Positions 35,703 to 44,985 of a stretch of 64,000 bases of DNA are shown piece by piece. The stretch comes from an uncultured Verrucomicrobia subdivision 3 bacterium. Its GTDB lineage: Bacteria > Verrucomicrobiota > Verrucomicrobiia > Limisphaerales > UBA11358. The first letter of the stretch is position 1. The number at the start of each line of letters is the position of its first letter. The stretch lies in assembly GCA_903827955.1 (NCBI GenBank), contig CAIKKJ010000151.1:7642-71641 (forward strand). Reading direction: 5' to 3'. The notes below the pieces were generated by a model. The model was not told where the DNA came from and made no database searches. It worked only from the letters and a program-made list of their open reading frames with translations. Position numbers and translations under genes: made by a program.

Positions 35703-37120
35703 TGCGTATTCTTTGCGAGCAAATCCGTGCGGGCTTTTTCGCCGAGCGCCCAGCCGAGCCGGCTCAAGTCCTGGCGATAAACAATTTTTGGTGCGCCGTC
35801 GCAGGTGTCGAAAATAAATTTTACGCGGCGATAACCGCGCCCGAACGCGCCGACCGCTGCGATGTCCGCCGTGAATTGAAAACTCTTCGTGGTGATCAAA
35901 TTGCCCGCGCGCAACGCCGTCACCACGCCGCTGTTGCCGAGCGCATCATAGACCCATGCGACCGAATTTAAGTTGCCGGCGTTTTGTTCGCGATAAGTCA
36001 CCAGCGTCTGCGCGGCACTAGACGCAGTCTGTTCGTCCACGTTGTTCAGGCCGGAGAACAGCGCGGTCAGCACATCCTGGCTGGCGGTGTTCACGTTCAC
36101 GCGACCGCGAAAATAAGTATTCGTGCTGGTCGTCGTCTCGTCGGAAATTTTGGCGAAGTCATCCGCGCTCCAGCCTTGCCCGCGCCAGAACGCGGCGAAA
36201 TCGAAGATACCATTGAACGGCGTGTTGCGCGGGTTCTGGCGATTGCCGTGAATTTGCGTGTAGATGGTTCCCGCGCGCTGGTCGGGACTGCCCGCGCCGT
36301 TGTCGCGCAGCAAGGCGGTGAGCTGGCTTTGCGTGACGGTGTTCACGTTCGTCAACTGCGTGCCGTCGGAATGAAAATTTGGCTCGCGCGTCCAGACAGT
36401 GACAAATTCAAACAGGCCGGGATCAAGTTCGCCGTTGCCGTTTACATCTTTTTCACTCTTGTCGAGCACGCCATTGCGGTTGATGTCTTCGCCCGCAAGC
36501 AAATCCACGGTCGCGCCATAAACAAGGCGAAGTTCATCCACGCTCTCGAACGGCGCGTATTTGGGTGAATAGCCGAGCGAGGAATAATTCAGGGACAGCT
36601 GCGTGTTCGTGTTGCGCCAGTCCACGATGGCCTGCGCAAAATCCATGGTCATGCCGGGCAGATAGGAAATCGTGTTGGTGTTGGCGGTGTTCAAATTGAT
36701 TTTGCCGCCCTCGTCAATCAAACCAAAAAATGGTTCGCTGGAATTCGCCTCCGCTGGGTCGCGGCCGATGAGCCAGAATTTGGCGTCGCCGATTTCCACC
36801 ACCGCGCTTTTGAACTGCGTCGGGTCGGGAACTGCGCCGTTGGTCGAGTAATTTTCCAAAACGTAACCGACGTAGCGCGCCGCGCCTTCGATGGCCTGCT
36901 CGGCGGCGATGCCGTTCACGCGATTATCCGCCGCGCGCAGCTCGAAGGTCATCGCATGGGCGAAATAAAGCGCGATGCTTACGAGGCCGAGGCAAATCCA
37001 CAAAACGATGACGAGCACCGAAGCGCATTCATTTTTTTTGAACCGCGAAATACGCGAAAGCAATCCAGCTTTGAAAACTGGATTATCCGTTCGCATATTT
37101 TGTGTGGTTCGCAGTTGCAT
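35699..37120 (-). CDS. gspK: GspK-like minor pseudopilin
   Basis: Hydrophobic N-terminal helix without Glu5 (SVLVIVLWICLGLVSIALYFA), a large globular body, and helix-hairpin-helix-like segments (NVNTASQDVLTALF). I chose the start at MQLRTT (37120). The ORF-track start at 37174 would overlap the upstream gene by 50 nt. Confidence 0.7.
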   Translation of the reverse strand: MQLRTTQNMRTDNPVFKAGLLSRISRFKKNECASVLVIVLWICLGLVSIALYFAHAMTFELRAADNRVNGIAAEQAIEGAARYVGYVLENYSTNGAVPDPTQFKSAVVEIGDAKFWLIGRDPAEANSSEPFFGLIDEGGKINLNTANTNTISYLPGMTMDFAQAIVDWRNTNTQLSLNYSSLGYSPKYAPFESVDELRLVYGATVDLLAGEDINRNGVLDKSEKDVNGNGELDPGLFEFVTVWTREPNFHSDGTQLTNVNTVTQSQLTALLRDNGAGSPDQRAGTIYTQIHGNRQNPRNTPFNGIFDFAAFWRGQGWSADDFAKISDETTTSTNTYFRGRVNVNTASQDVLTALFSGLNNVDEQTASSAAQTLVTYREQNAGNLNSVAWVYDALGNSGVVTALRAGNLITTKSFQFTADIAAVGAFGRGYRRVKFIFDTCDGAPKIVYRQDLSRLGWALGEKARTDLLAKNTQ

Positions 37121-37124
37121 GTGT

Positions 37125-37826
37125 TTATCCGCCGCTGGTCGTGCTAAAAACCATGTTCGTCCGCGCCACGACATCCAGCGGCACGATGATTTGCACCGGC
37201 TGCGCCTGCGCGTTGCCGGCCATCTGGATGGCCACCTTCACGGCGAGCGGTAGGTTGGTGTTCACTGCCGTCGCGCTCGTCGTGTCCCAGGCATCCTGCC
37301 AAATCGCGCCGTCGTAGCAGGAAAATTTCACGCTCTCCACGCCGCCGAGCATGAATTGTTCCTCTACCGTCGGCGAGTTGAACGTCAAAAGATTCCGCGC
37401 GATGCTGCGATACAAATCCCGACCGATCGCGCCGGTCGTCGTTGGCATTTTCAATTCGTAAGTCACGCGCTGGATTTCGCCCCACGGCTGGCTGGCGCTC
37501 AATGCGCCCGTCGTGGTGAACATTTCCACCGCCACCGGATCGCTGACACCGACGCTCGTGAGGCCGTTACCCGCGCGGAAACCGCCGGACAAAACTTTGC
37601 TCGTGCCGTTCGTCGGCGCGACGCAGCCCTGCAAATCGCGTTTCAAAAAAGAAACCATCGAATCCACCGGCGTCGCGGCGTCCACCATATTCGCCGTGTC
37701 GTCGCGCAAATGCAGCGCGGTGAACAGCACGAGGTTCGCCGTGAGCAAGACGAGCGAGGCGACGCCGATGGCGAGAATCATCTCGATCAGCGTGAAGGCA
37801 CTCGTGTTGTTCGTTTTCATTTTCAC
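37125..37826 (-). CDS. GspJ-like minor pseudopilin
   Basis: 233 aa with a prepilin-type N-terminus MKMKTNNTSA/FTLIEMILAIGVASLVLL. Size and position match gspJ. Confidence 0.65.
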   Translation of the reverse strand: MKMKTNNTSAFTLIEMILAIGVASLVLLTANLVLFTALHLRDDTANMVDAATPVDSMVSFLKRDLQGCVAPTNGTSKVLSGGFRAGNGLTSVGVSDPVAVEMFTTTGALSASQPWGEIQRVTYELKMPTTTGAIGRDLYRSIARNLLTFNSPTVEEQFMLGGVESVKFSCYDGAIWQDAWDTTSATAVNTNLPLAVKVAIQMAGNAQAQPVQIIVPLDVVARTNMVFSTTSGG

Positions 37827-38254
37827 TGCGTCAAATTTATTCCCGCGGTCTGCGACGGCGAACTCGCCAGCGTGCTCATTTTCACCGAATAATCTTTACC
37901 CTGCGCGGAATACGTCACCTCCGCCGTCAGCATCTGCATCGAATCCTGCGGCCAGTTCTGACTCGACAGCTTCCACCGAAAATCCAAAACGCCTTCCGTG
38001 ATGGTTCCGCTCCGCTGGCCGTTGCTCCAGTTCGACGTCACCAAACTTTCGTTCAACACCCGGTCCGCCACCCGCGCCGCCTCGCTCTTGCGCGCGGCGA
38101 CTTCGCCGCCGAGGCCCGCGACGTGCAGTGCCTCGACCGCTACCGGAATCACGATGGCGAGAAACAGCATCGCCGCCAAAACTTCCGCCAGCGTGAACGC
38201 CTGGCAACAGCGGCGCGCGGCAATAATTTTATTTTCCGCTCGCGCCAATTTCAT
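37823..38254 (-). CDS. GspI-like minor pseudopilin
   Basis: 143 aa with a prepilin-type N-terminus ...RRCCQA/FTLAEVLAAMLFLAIVIPV. Size and position match gspI. Confidence 0.6.
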   Translation of the reverse strand: MKLARAENKIIAARRCCQAFTLAEVLAAMLFLAIVIPVAVEALHVAGLGGEVAARKSEAARVADRVLNESLVTSNWSNGQRSGTITEGVLDFRWKLSSQNWPQDSMQMLTAEVTYSAQGKDYSVKMSTLASSPSQTAGINLTQ

Positions 38255-38774
38255 AACCGGTCCGTGTTTTCGTCTCTACAAGCATCCGGCCGAATCCGTC
38301 CGCGTCCACCAGTTGCAATGTCTGCGGACTGTTCTCGTCAACCGTGCCGTCCGGCAAAAATTTTATCGCCGGCAAATTGTTGAACGTCGTCTGCGCGCCC
38401 GTGCCGAGATTTTGCACTGACAACTGCACGGTTGAATCCACCGTCAAATTTTCCGCTTTCGCATCGCCGTTCTGGCCGCTCGTTTCGGCGGACACGCCGT
38501 AGCCGCCGCCCTTTTCATCAATCCACAGCAGCATCGGCATACCTTCGGACACCGCACGGCTCTGCGCCGCGTGCATCAGCGCCATCAGCCGCCGCGCCTC
38601 GGAATCCAGCGCGCGGCCCCGGATAAATTTCGACATTGCGGGCACGGCGATGGACGTGATGATCACCAACAGCGACAAGACGAGGATCAGTTCGATCAGC
38701 GTGAAGGCGCGGCGGCGAAAATTATTTCTGCCAGTTGCCAATGTCATCGTCCGTGCCTTCCTTCGCATCCGCAC
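38229..38774 (-). CDS. GspH-like minor pseudopilin
   Basis: Prepilin-type N-terminus ...FRRRA/FTLIELILVLSLLVII followed by the GspH-like ...FIRGRALDSEARRLMALMHAAQSRAV. The start is uncertain (38774 or 38747); both overlap the gspG end. Confidence 0.62.
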   Translation of the reverse strand: MRMRRKARTMTLATGRNNFRRRAFTLIELILVLSLLVIITSIAVPAMSKFIRGRALDSEARRLMALMHAAQSRAVSEGMPMLLWIDEKGGGYGVSAETSGQNGDAKAENLTVDSTVQLSVQNLGTGAQTTFNNLPAIKFLPDGTVDENSPQTLQLVDADGFGRMLVETKTRTGYEIGASGK

Positions 38775-39156
38775 CGGCGGACGACAAATCGTAGGAACTG
38801 CCGTTGTGTTTGCCCGGAAAATAATAAATGTAAGGATTGCCCCACGGATCGAGCGGCAGCTTCGGTGGATCGAAATACGGCCCGTGCCAGTTCTTCGCGT
38901 TGCTCGGCGCGACGAGCAGGTCGTTAAGGCTCTTCGGATAAAAGCCGTTGTCCACTTCGTATTGGCCGAGCGCGGACTTGATGCCGCCGTTGATGTCCGT
39001 CGTGGCGGCGGTGACGCGGGCGCGTTCGCTCTGGCCGGCGATTTTCGGAATCACCAGCGCCGCGAGGATGCCGATGATGACGACCACCAGCATGATTTCC
39101 GTGAGCGTGAAGCCCGATGTTTTTTTTATGATTCGATTTTGGATTTTCATTTTCAT
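38722..39156 (-). CDS. gspG: major pseudopilin GspG
   Basis: 144 aa. Sequence ...KKTSG/FTLTEIMLVVVIIGILAALVIPKIAGQSERARVTAATTDINGGIKSALGQYEVDNGFYP...DPWGNPYIY is the canonical GspG sequence pattern. Confidence 0.9.
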   Translation of the reverse strand: MKMKIQNRIIKKTSGFTLTEIMLVVVIIGILAALVIPKIAGQSERARVTAATTDINGGIKSALGQYEVDNGFYPKSLNDLLVAPSNAKNWHGPYFDPPKLPLDPWGNPYIYYFPGKHNGSSYDLSSAGADAKEGTDDDIGNWQK

Positions 39157-39165
39157 AATTCGTTT

Positions 39166-40407
39166 TTATTTGATGTATTGGCTCATCGAAAGCACCGGCA
39201 GCAACATGCCGATGAAAATTGTCCCGATGAATCCCGCGATAAGAAACAGCAGCAGCGGCTCGGCGAACGCCACGGCGGTTTTCAAATTACGGTCGAGATC
39301 ATTCTCCGTGCCGGCGGCGAGGCGCACGAGTTCGGCATCGAGCTTGCCGCTTTCTTCGGCGACAGAAATCATTTCAATCACCGAGCCGGTGAACAGCACG
39401 CGGCAGTCGGACAAACTTTGCCCCAGCCGTCCGCCCTGTTGCACGCGCTCGATGCTCTGGCCGACGGCGTCCACGAGAATCTGATTTCCTATCGAACGGC
39501 GTGCGACGTTTAAGCCTTGCACCAGTGCCACGCCCGCGCCGAGCAGCGTGCCGAGCATCCGGCAAAAACGCGCCATGGCAAATTGCGCGATGAGCGGGCC
39601 GACGAGCGGCGTTTTCAAAATCAAACCTTCCCAAGTGCGCCGGCCTTTTTCGGAAACAAACCACGCGCGAAGCAAGAACGCGAGGCCGACGAGCGCCGCC
39701 GCCACGAGGAGGCCATACGACCGCACGATGTGGCTCGCGCCGATGATGATTTGTGTGATGAGCGGCAGCGCGGTGTGGAGGTTGTCAAAAATTTTCTGGA
39801 ACTTCGGAATGAAAAACGTCAGCAGCAGCGTGAGAATTCCGATGGCCAGCACGAGCAAAATGCACGGATACAACATCGCCGTGAGCACTTTGGATTTCAG
39901 GTCTTTTTCACGCGCCTGAAATTCCGCGATTTGCGCCAGCACCACGTCGAGAAAACCGCCCGCCTCGCCCGCCTCGACCATCGCGGTGTAAACGCGTGGA
40001 AATGTGTCTGGCGATTTCGCCATCGCGTTGGAGAGCGACAGGCCGTCCACCACCGCGTCGTGAATCTCTTTCCACTTCGCCTTCGACGCCGCGCTCGACG
40101 CTTCTTTCTGCAAAATCACCAGCGCGCGGCTCAACGGCACGCCTGCCGCGAGCAAACTGGACAGCAGGCGCGTGAAATTTTCCAGTTCCTTCGCGGAAAC
40201 TTTTTTGGACTCGAACTTGAAGGAGAAGTTTCCCGCCGCCGTCGCGCCGTTTTTTTTTGCCGCCTTGGCAGCGGACTCGGTCACGCTCACCGGACGCAGG
40301 CCAAACGTCTCAATCTGCCGCAGCGCGTCGGCGCGGCCGGCGGCTTCCAGCGAGCCCTCGGCAAATTTACCGTCGGCTTGCAATGCTCTATAAGAAAAAG
40401 TCGGCAT
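39166..40407 (-). CDS. gspF: T2SS inner-membrane platform protein GspF
   Basis: 413 aa with a duplicated GspF/PilC cytoplasmic domain plus three TM segments (LYPCILLVLAIGILTLLL, GLLVAAALVGLAFLL, LLLFLIAGFIGTIFIGMLLP). Confidence 0.92.
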   Translation of the reverse strand: MPTFSYRALQADGKFAEGSLEAAGRADALRQIETFGLRPVSVTESAAKAAKKNGATAAGNFSFKFESKKVSAKELENFTRLLSSLLAAGVPLSRALVILQKEASSAASKAKWKEIHDAVVDGLSLSNAMAKSPDTFPRVYTAMVEAGEAGGFLDVVLAQIAEFQAREKDLKSKVLTAMLYPCILLVLAIGILTLLLTFFIPKFQKIFDNLHTALPLITQIIIGASHIVRSYGLLVAAALVGLAFLLRAWFVSEKGRRTWEGLILKTPLVGPLIAQFAMARFCRMLGTLLGAGVALVQGLNVARRSIGNQILVDAVGQSIERVQQGGRLGQSLSDCRVLFTGSVIEMISVAEESGKLDAELVRLAAGTENDLDRNLKTAVAFAEPLLLFLIAGFIGTIFIGMLLPVLSMSQYIK

Positions 40408-40413
40408 GGAAAA

Positions 40414-42138
40414 TTATTTGCCCGCGACGGCTATGCTTGCCGCCGATTCGCCACCGGTTTTTTCAGAACGTTCAACTTCTTTTGCCGTCGTGACGCTCAA
40501 AACTTCCTCGACCGTCGTGATGCCTTGCGCGACGAGCCGCCAGCCGTCTTCGGCGAGCGTTTTCATGCCGCCTTTGCGCGCGGCGCTACGGATTTGATCG
40601 GTGGAGGCAGACTTCAAAATGAGCTGGCGGATTTCTTCGTCCGTATCCATCCATTCAAAAATCGCGTGGCGACCGAAGAAGCCGGTGTTGCGACATTCGC
40701 GGCAGCCGACGGATTTGTAAATGAGGTTGTCCGCCGGAATTCCGAGTTTGATTTTGAACTGCTGCGCCCGCGCGGAATCGTCCACTTGCTTACAATGCTT
40801 GCAGAGCACGCGCACGAGGCGTTGTGCCAACACGGCTTCGAGCGAAGATGCAACCAAATAAGGTTCGACGCCCATGTCCACGAGGCGAGTGAGCGCACCG
40901 GGCGCGTCGTTCGTGTGCAGCGTGGAAAAAACCAAGTGACCGGTGAGCGACGCCTGCACCGCAATTTGCGCCGTCTCGGCATCGCGGATTTCGCCGATGA
41001 GAATCACGTCGGGGTCATGACGCAAAATCGAGCGCAAGCCCCGCGCGAAGGTCAGGCCGGATTTTTCATTCACCTGAATCTGGTTCACGCCTTTGAGCTG
41101 ATACTCAACCGGGTCTTCCACCGTGATGATTTTGCGAACCGCGTCGTTGATTTCGTTGAGCGCGGTGTAGAGCGTGGAAGTTTTTCCAGAACCCGTCGGG
41201 CCGGTGACCAAAATAATTCCGTGCGGCAGTCCGAGCACATTTTTGAAATGCTCATACTCGCGCGTGTTCATGCCGATCTGGCCGAGACCGCGCAGCGTGG
41301 AGTTTTGCCGGAGCAGACGCATCACGACCGCCTCGCCGTGCAACATCGGAATCACCGAAACGCGGATGTCCACTTCCGCCGCGTCAATGCGCACTTTGAT
41401 GCGACCGTCCTGCGGCAGGCGTTTTTCCGCGATGTTGAGGTGGCTCAAGATCTTGACGCGCGAAACGATGGCGGGCTGAAATTGTTTGAGCTGCGGCGGC
41501 ACAGGCACTTCCTGCAACTCACCGTCAATACGATAGCGGATCTTAAATTCATCCTCGAATGGTTCGAGGTGGATGTCGGAGGCGCGCAGTTCAATCGCGT
41601 CTTTCAAAACTTGGTTGACGAAGCGGATGATGGAGGCTTCGTCTTCTTCCCCGCCGTCGAGATTGTTGTTTTCGGAATTTTCATCAACGACCTGAATGCC
41701 CTTTTCTTCTTCGAGCGTGCCGATGGTATCGGCGCCGACACCGAGGCGTTTTTTGATTTCGCGCTGGATGACTTCGCTCGTGGCGAGAATCGGCTTAAGG
41801 TTCAGGCCGGTCAAAGTTTTCAGCGCGTCCAAACCTTGCGTGGCGAACAGGCGGCTGGTGGCAATCTCTACCACGCCGTTGTCGCGCTTGAGCGGAAGCA
41901 ATTCCTCCTTGAGCAAAATGCGCGCGGGAAAAAGTGAAAGCAGCTGGCGATCCGGCTCCACGTCATCGAGCGTGGTGAAGCCGAGGCCGTATTCGTTCGC
42001 GAGCCAGCGGAGAATTTCTTCCTCGCTGGAAAAATTTTTGCCCGCGAGCGTTTCGGCGTCGAACGCGGACAACTGCCGGGACGCAACCATGCGTCCCAGC
42101 AGTTCCTTCGATGAATCTTGAACCGTTGATGCGGCCAT
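40414..42138 (-). CDS. gspE: T2SS ATPase GspE
   Basis: 574 aa with a T2SSE_N-type N-terminus, Walker A GPTGSGKTS, VILIGEIRD, GHLVFSTLHTNDA and the tetracysteine CKHC...CREC. Confidence 0.93.
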   Translation of the reverse strand: MAASTVQDSSKELLGRMVASRQLSAFDAETLAGKNFSSEEEILRWLANEYGLGFTTLDDVEPDRQLLSLFPARILLKEELLPLKRDNGVVEIATSRLFATQGLDALKTLTGLNLKPILATSEVIQREIKKRLGVGADTIGTLEEEKGIQVVDENSENNNLDGGEEDEASIIRFVNQVLKDAIELRASDIHLEPFEDEFKIRYRIDGELQEVPVPPQLKQFQPAIVSRVKILSHLNIAEKRLPQDGRIKVRIDAAEVDIRVSVIPMLHGEAVVMRLLRQNSTLRGLGQIGMNTREYEHFKNVLGLPHGIILVTGPTGSGKTSTLYTALNEINDAVRKIITVEDPVEYQLKGVNQIQVNEKSGLTFARGLRSILRHDPDVILIGEIRDAETAQIAVQASLTGHLVFSTLHTNDAPGALTRLVDMGVEPYLVASSLEAVLAQRLVRVLCKHCKQVDDSARAQQFKIKLGIPADNLIYKSVGCRECRNTGFFGRHAIFEWMDTDEEIRQLILKSASTDQIRSAARKGGMKTLAEDGWRLVAQGITTVEEVLSVTTAKEVERSEKTGGESAASIAVAGK

Positions 42139-42158
42139 GAATCGTCAGCTTTCTATTT

Positions 42159-42761
42159 TTAGTTCACCAAGCTGAGCAGGGCCGCTTGCGCTTCCTGTCT
42201 GGCCGTCAAAACTTTTTTCAAGTCCGCTTGCGCGGCTTCGAGCTTGGCCTGCTTGGCTTTTTGCGACGCGCGATATTTGGCGAGCAAATCTTTGACCTGC
42301 GCGGCTGGGGCGTTGTCGTCAATGGCCTTCTGCAGCGCTTCCTCTTCCGCGCTGGGCTGGCCGAACATGCCGCCACGACGGTTGTTGCCGCCTTGGTCGC
42401 CGCCACGGTTGCGACCACCGAACAATGCGCGCATGCCGCCACCCATGCCGACATCGCGGCGGGCGTCAACGACCTTTTGCACGAGCGGTTCCACCGCGCT
42501 CCAGTCGGTGTCGTTGGTAAATTCCAAACGATCCTTAATGCCGTCCATCATACGCTGCTGCATCTGCGCGGGATCAAAATTTCCGCCGCCGCCGGGTCCA
42601 CCGCCGCCGGGTCCGCCAGCCTGGCGATTGCGTCGTTGGCCGCCCTGACCGCCAGCCTGGCCACCGTTGTTGCCGCCGTTGTCCTGCGCGAAGGTGCTGC
42701 CGACGCTGCAAACGAGCGCCGCCGTCACTGCGCACAATGTAATAATACGATTCAATTTCAT
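42159..42761 (-). CDS. periplasmic Gly-rich protein with LTXXQ motif (Spy/CpxP-like)
   Basis: The start at MKLNRIITLCAVTAALVCSVGSTFA is a signal peptide. There are Gly-rich runs (GGNNGGQAGGQGG...GGPGGGGPGGGG) and a C-terminal helical part with LTARQ (LTXXQ). It lies 20 nt upstream of gspE on the same strand. The ORF-track start at 43055 was rejected. Confidence 0.45.
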   Translation of the reverse strand: MKLNRIITLCAVTAALVCSVGSTFAQDNGGNNGGQAGGQGGQRRNRQAGGPGGGGPGGGGNFDPAQMQQRMMDGIKDRLEFTNDTDWSAVEPLVQKVVDARRDVGMGGGMRALFGGRNRGGDQGGNNRRGGMFGQPSAEEEALQKAIDDNAPAAQVKDLLAKYRASQKAKQAKLEAAQADLKKVLTARQEAQAALLSLVN

Positions 42762-43035
42762 CGAATTTTCCTGTTTTGGTTGGTTGTTGTTTGTTTTCCG
42801 CCGCCACATCCAAACAAACATGCAGCCTGCGGGTTCGAACTTCCTACGCAAGGAGTGTGCCAGCATGAATATCGTGATTACTTTGCCAAATCGGAGAAAT
42901 GCTCCGCGCAAACCCTGCGCGATTTGAAATCTTTGCGCAAATTTTGCGCGACGAGCTGGTTTTTCAGGGTTGACCATCGTTGCTGGCCTTGCAGACTGAA
43001 GCACCGCCAAAAATGTTTTTGACACTATATCGTGC

Positions 43036-43275
43036 ATGAGTCGGTTTCGAGACAAGATCCGTAAGTTGAGGGGGCTGATTTTTTTTATCGGCCCGGTGCT
43101 TGGGTTTGTCTATGAGATAGTCCGTTGGAAACAACAGGACATTCCGCATCGCGCCATCTTTTGCTCTGCGCTGGTCATCCTTACCGTGCTGTCGTTGATG
43201 TGGCGGGACATCCATCGCACACACCGGTTGGGACGTCGCCACCGCCGCCACCATCGCCGCGATGATTTTCGCTAA
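43036..43275 (+). CDS. possible small membrane protein (79 aa)
   Basis: Two hydrophobic segments (LIFFIGPVLGFVY; IFCSALVILTVLSLMW) and a His/Arg-rich tail. There is no recognisable similarity. It lies in an otherwise empty 510-bp gap. Confidence 0.3.
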   Translation: MSRFRDKIRKLRGLIFFIGPVLGFVYEIVRWKQQDIPHRAIFCSALVILTVLSLMWRDIHRTHRLGRRHRRHHRRDDFR

Positions 43276-44408
43276 ATGATCACGCGCTTGCCTGTTTGTG
43301 CCGACCGGTAAATCGCCTCAATGATTTTCATGTCGCGACGGCCCATCTCGCCGCTGACTTCCGATTCGCGCCCGGTCAAAAGGCAGTCTGCAAAATCATC
43401 CATCTGCAACGCCTGTTGGTTGACCACGGGGAAATTCAACGCGCCTTTGCTCGTCTGCACCTCGCCGATACGATAGCTAAAAGCATTGTTCACAAATTCA
43501 ATCCAGCCCTTTGCGCCTTCGGCCCGGAATGTGTTCATGTTGTCATTATAGCTCGTCTTGGCATCGAGCACCGCGCCGTTCGGAAATTCCAGCTTGAAGC
43601 TGATGGCTTCCTCGACATCTAGGAAAAAATCCGGCCGTTCCTTCGGTTCTTCATGCGCCGTCGCAGCGATGGGCGTTGCGCCTGCCGCCATGCACGCGGC
43701 TTGGATGACATAGACCCCCACGTCCATTAACGGCCCGCCGCCGGATAATTTTTTCTCCACGCGCCACGCATGTTTGCCAAAAGTGAAACTGAAATTTCCC
43801 GTGAGCTTCATGAAGTCGCCGAAATCTTTTTCCCGTTGCAGTCGCATCATCTCCTTCACATACGGGTCGAAGTGCAGCCGGTAGCCTACGGACAATTTCA
43901 CCTTGGCCGCGTGGCACGCCGCGATCATCGTATCTGCATCCGCCACCGTGCCGCCCATCGGCTTTTCGGTGATGACGTGCTTGCCCGCCTTCGCCGCGCG
44001 CACGACGAAATCGCGATGCAGCGTGTTCGGCGTCACGACATAGACGATGTCAATGTCGTGGTTATCCGCGATGCGGTCAAAATTTTCGTAGCTGTAACAA
44101 TTTTTTTCCGACAACGAAAAATTCTTCTGCCACTTCACGATTTTTTCCGGATGCCCGCTGACCACGCCCGCGAGCCGGCATAATTTGGTTTCGCGCAACG
44201 CCGGCGCGAGATTGTTGGTGGCGTAATTGCCGAGGCCGAGCAGCGCCACGCCGAGCGGTTTGCGCGCGGCAACTTCGGCGGACAGAATGTTGGGAAAACC
44301 AAAGCCAGCCGCAACCGCTGCGCTGCCGAGGGAAAGCTGCCGCAAAAATTCACGGCGCGATGGATTGAAATTGCGATGGGGAATTTTCATGCCCAATGAT
44401 TTCAACAA
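43272..44408 (-). CDS. Gfo/Idh/MocA-family oxidoreductase with Tat signal
   Basis: 378 aa with twin-arginine leader SRREFLRQLSLGSAAVAAG, Rossmann segment LGVALLGLGNYATNNL and the conserved EKP motif (VITEKPM). Confidence 0.85.
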   Translation of the reverse strand: MLKSLGMKIPHRNFNPSRREFLRQLSLGSAAVAAGFGFPNILSAEVAARKPLGVALLGLGNYATNNLAPALRETKLCRLAGVVSGHPEKIVKWQKNFSLSEKNCYSYENFDRIADNHDIDIVYVVTPNTLHRDFVVRAAKAGKHVITEKPMGGTVADADTMIAACHAAKVKLSVGYRLHFDPYVKEMMRLQREKDFGDFMKLTGNFSFTFGKHAWRVEKKLSGGGPLMDVGVYVIQAACMAAGATPIAATAHEEPKERPDFFLDVEEAISFKLEFPNGAVLDAKTSYNDNMNTFRAEGAKGWIEFVNNAFSYRIGEVQTSKGALNFPVVNQQALQMDDFADCLLTGRESEVSGEMGRRDMKIIEAIYRSAQTGKRVII

Positions 44409-44442
44409 ATCATCGGACGATGAAAGTTCAAACTAGGTTGTG

Positions 44443-44985
44443 CTATTTTTTTTCAGACGGCTTGAACGACGGCAGATTTGTATCGCCTAAATCAATCGAA
44501 GCCGAATTGATGCAGTAGCGCAACCCCTTCGGGCCGGGGCCGTCGTCAAAAACGTGGCCGAGATGGCTGCCGCAGTTCCCGCACAAGACCTCCGTGCGGA
44601 TCATGCCATAGCTCGTGTCCTTGCGTTCGATGACTTTGCCCAGCGCGGCGACCTCGGAAAAACTTGGCCAGCCGCAGTGCGAATCAAACTTGTCAGCCGA
44701 CTTGAAAAGAATTTCGCCGCACGCCGCACAGCGATACTCGCCGGGTGTTTTCGTGTCCCAGTATTTGCCGGTGAACGCGCGTTCCGTGCCGGCCTCGCGG
44801 AGGACGTGATATTGTTCGGGCGTCAAGAGTTTGCGCCATTCTTCTTCAGTGCGTTGGAGCGGGAATTTCATGGTGTTGGTGCTGGTTAAATCATTTTGCG
44901 CCGCCGGACTGTTCGTCGGCGTGGCGTTGCAGCCGGTGACAAAAATCGCCGCGCCCAAGGTCAGGATGATTACATTTCGTTTCAT
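44443..44985 (-). CDS. msrB: peptide-methionine (R)-S-oxide reductase MsrB, lipoprotein form
   Basis: The start MKRNVIILTLGAAIFVTGC is a lipobox and overlaps the addB-like stop (ATGA). SelR motifs are CAACGEILF, HCGWPSF and RTEVLCGNCGSHLGHVF. Confidence 0.9.
   Translation of the reverse strand: MKRNVIILTLGAAIFVTGCNATPTNSPAAQNDLTSTNTMKFPLQRTEEEWRKLLTPEQYHVLREAGTERAFTGKYWDTKTPGEYRCAACGEILFKSADKFDSHCGWPSFSEVAALGKVIERKDTSYGMIRTEVLCGNCGSHLGHVFDDGPGPKGLRYCINSASIDLGDTNLPSFKPSEKK

Noticed and set aside
39517-41937. 806-aa ORF on the plus strand
   Set aside because: It lies entirely antisense to gspF and gspE, which have unambiguous motifs. Its translation is Arg/His/Gly-rich with no motifs, which is typical of GC-driven antisense open frames.
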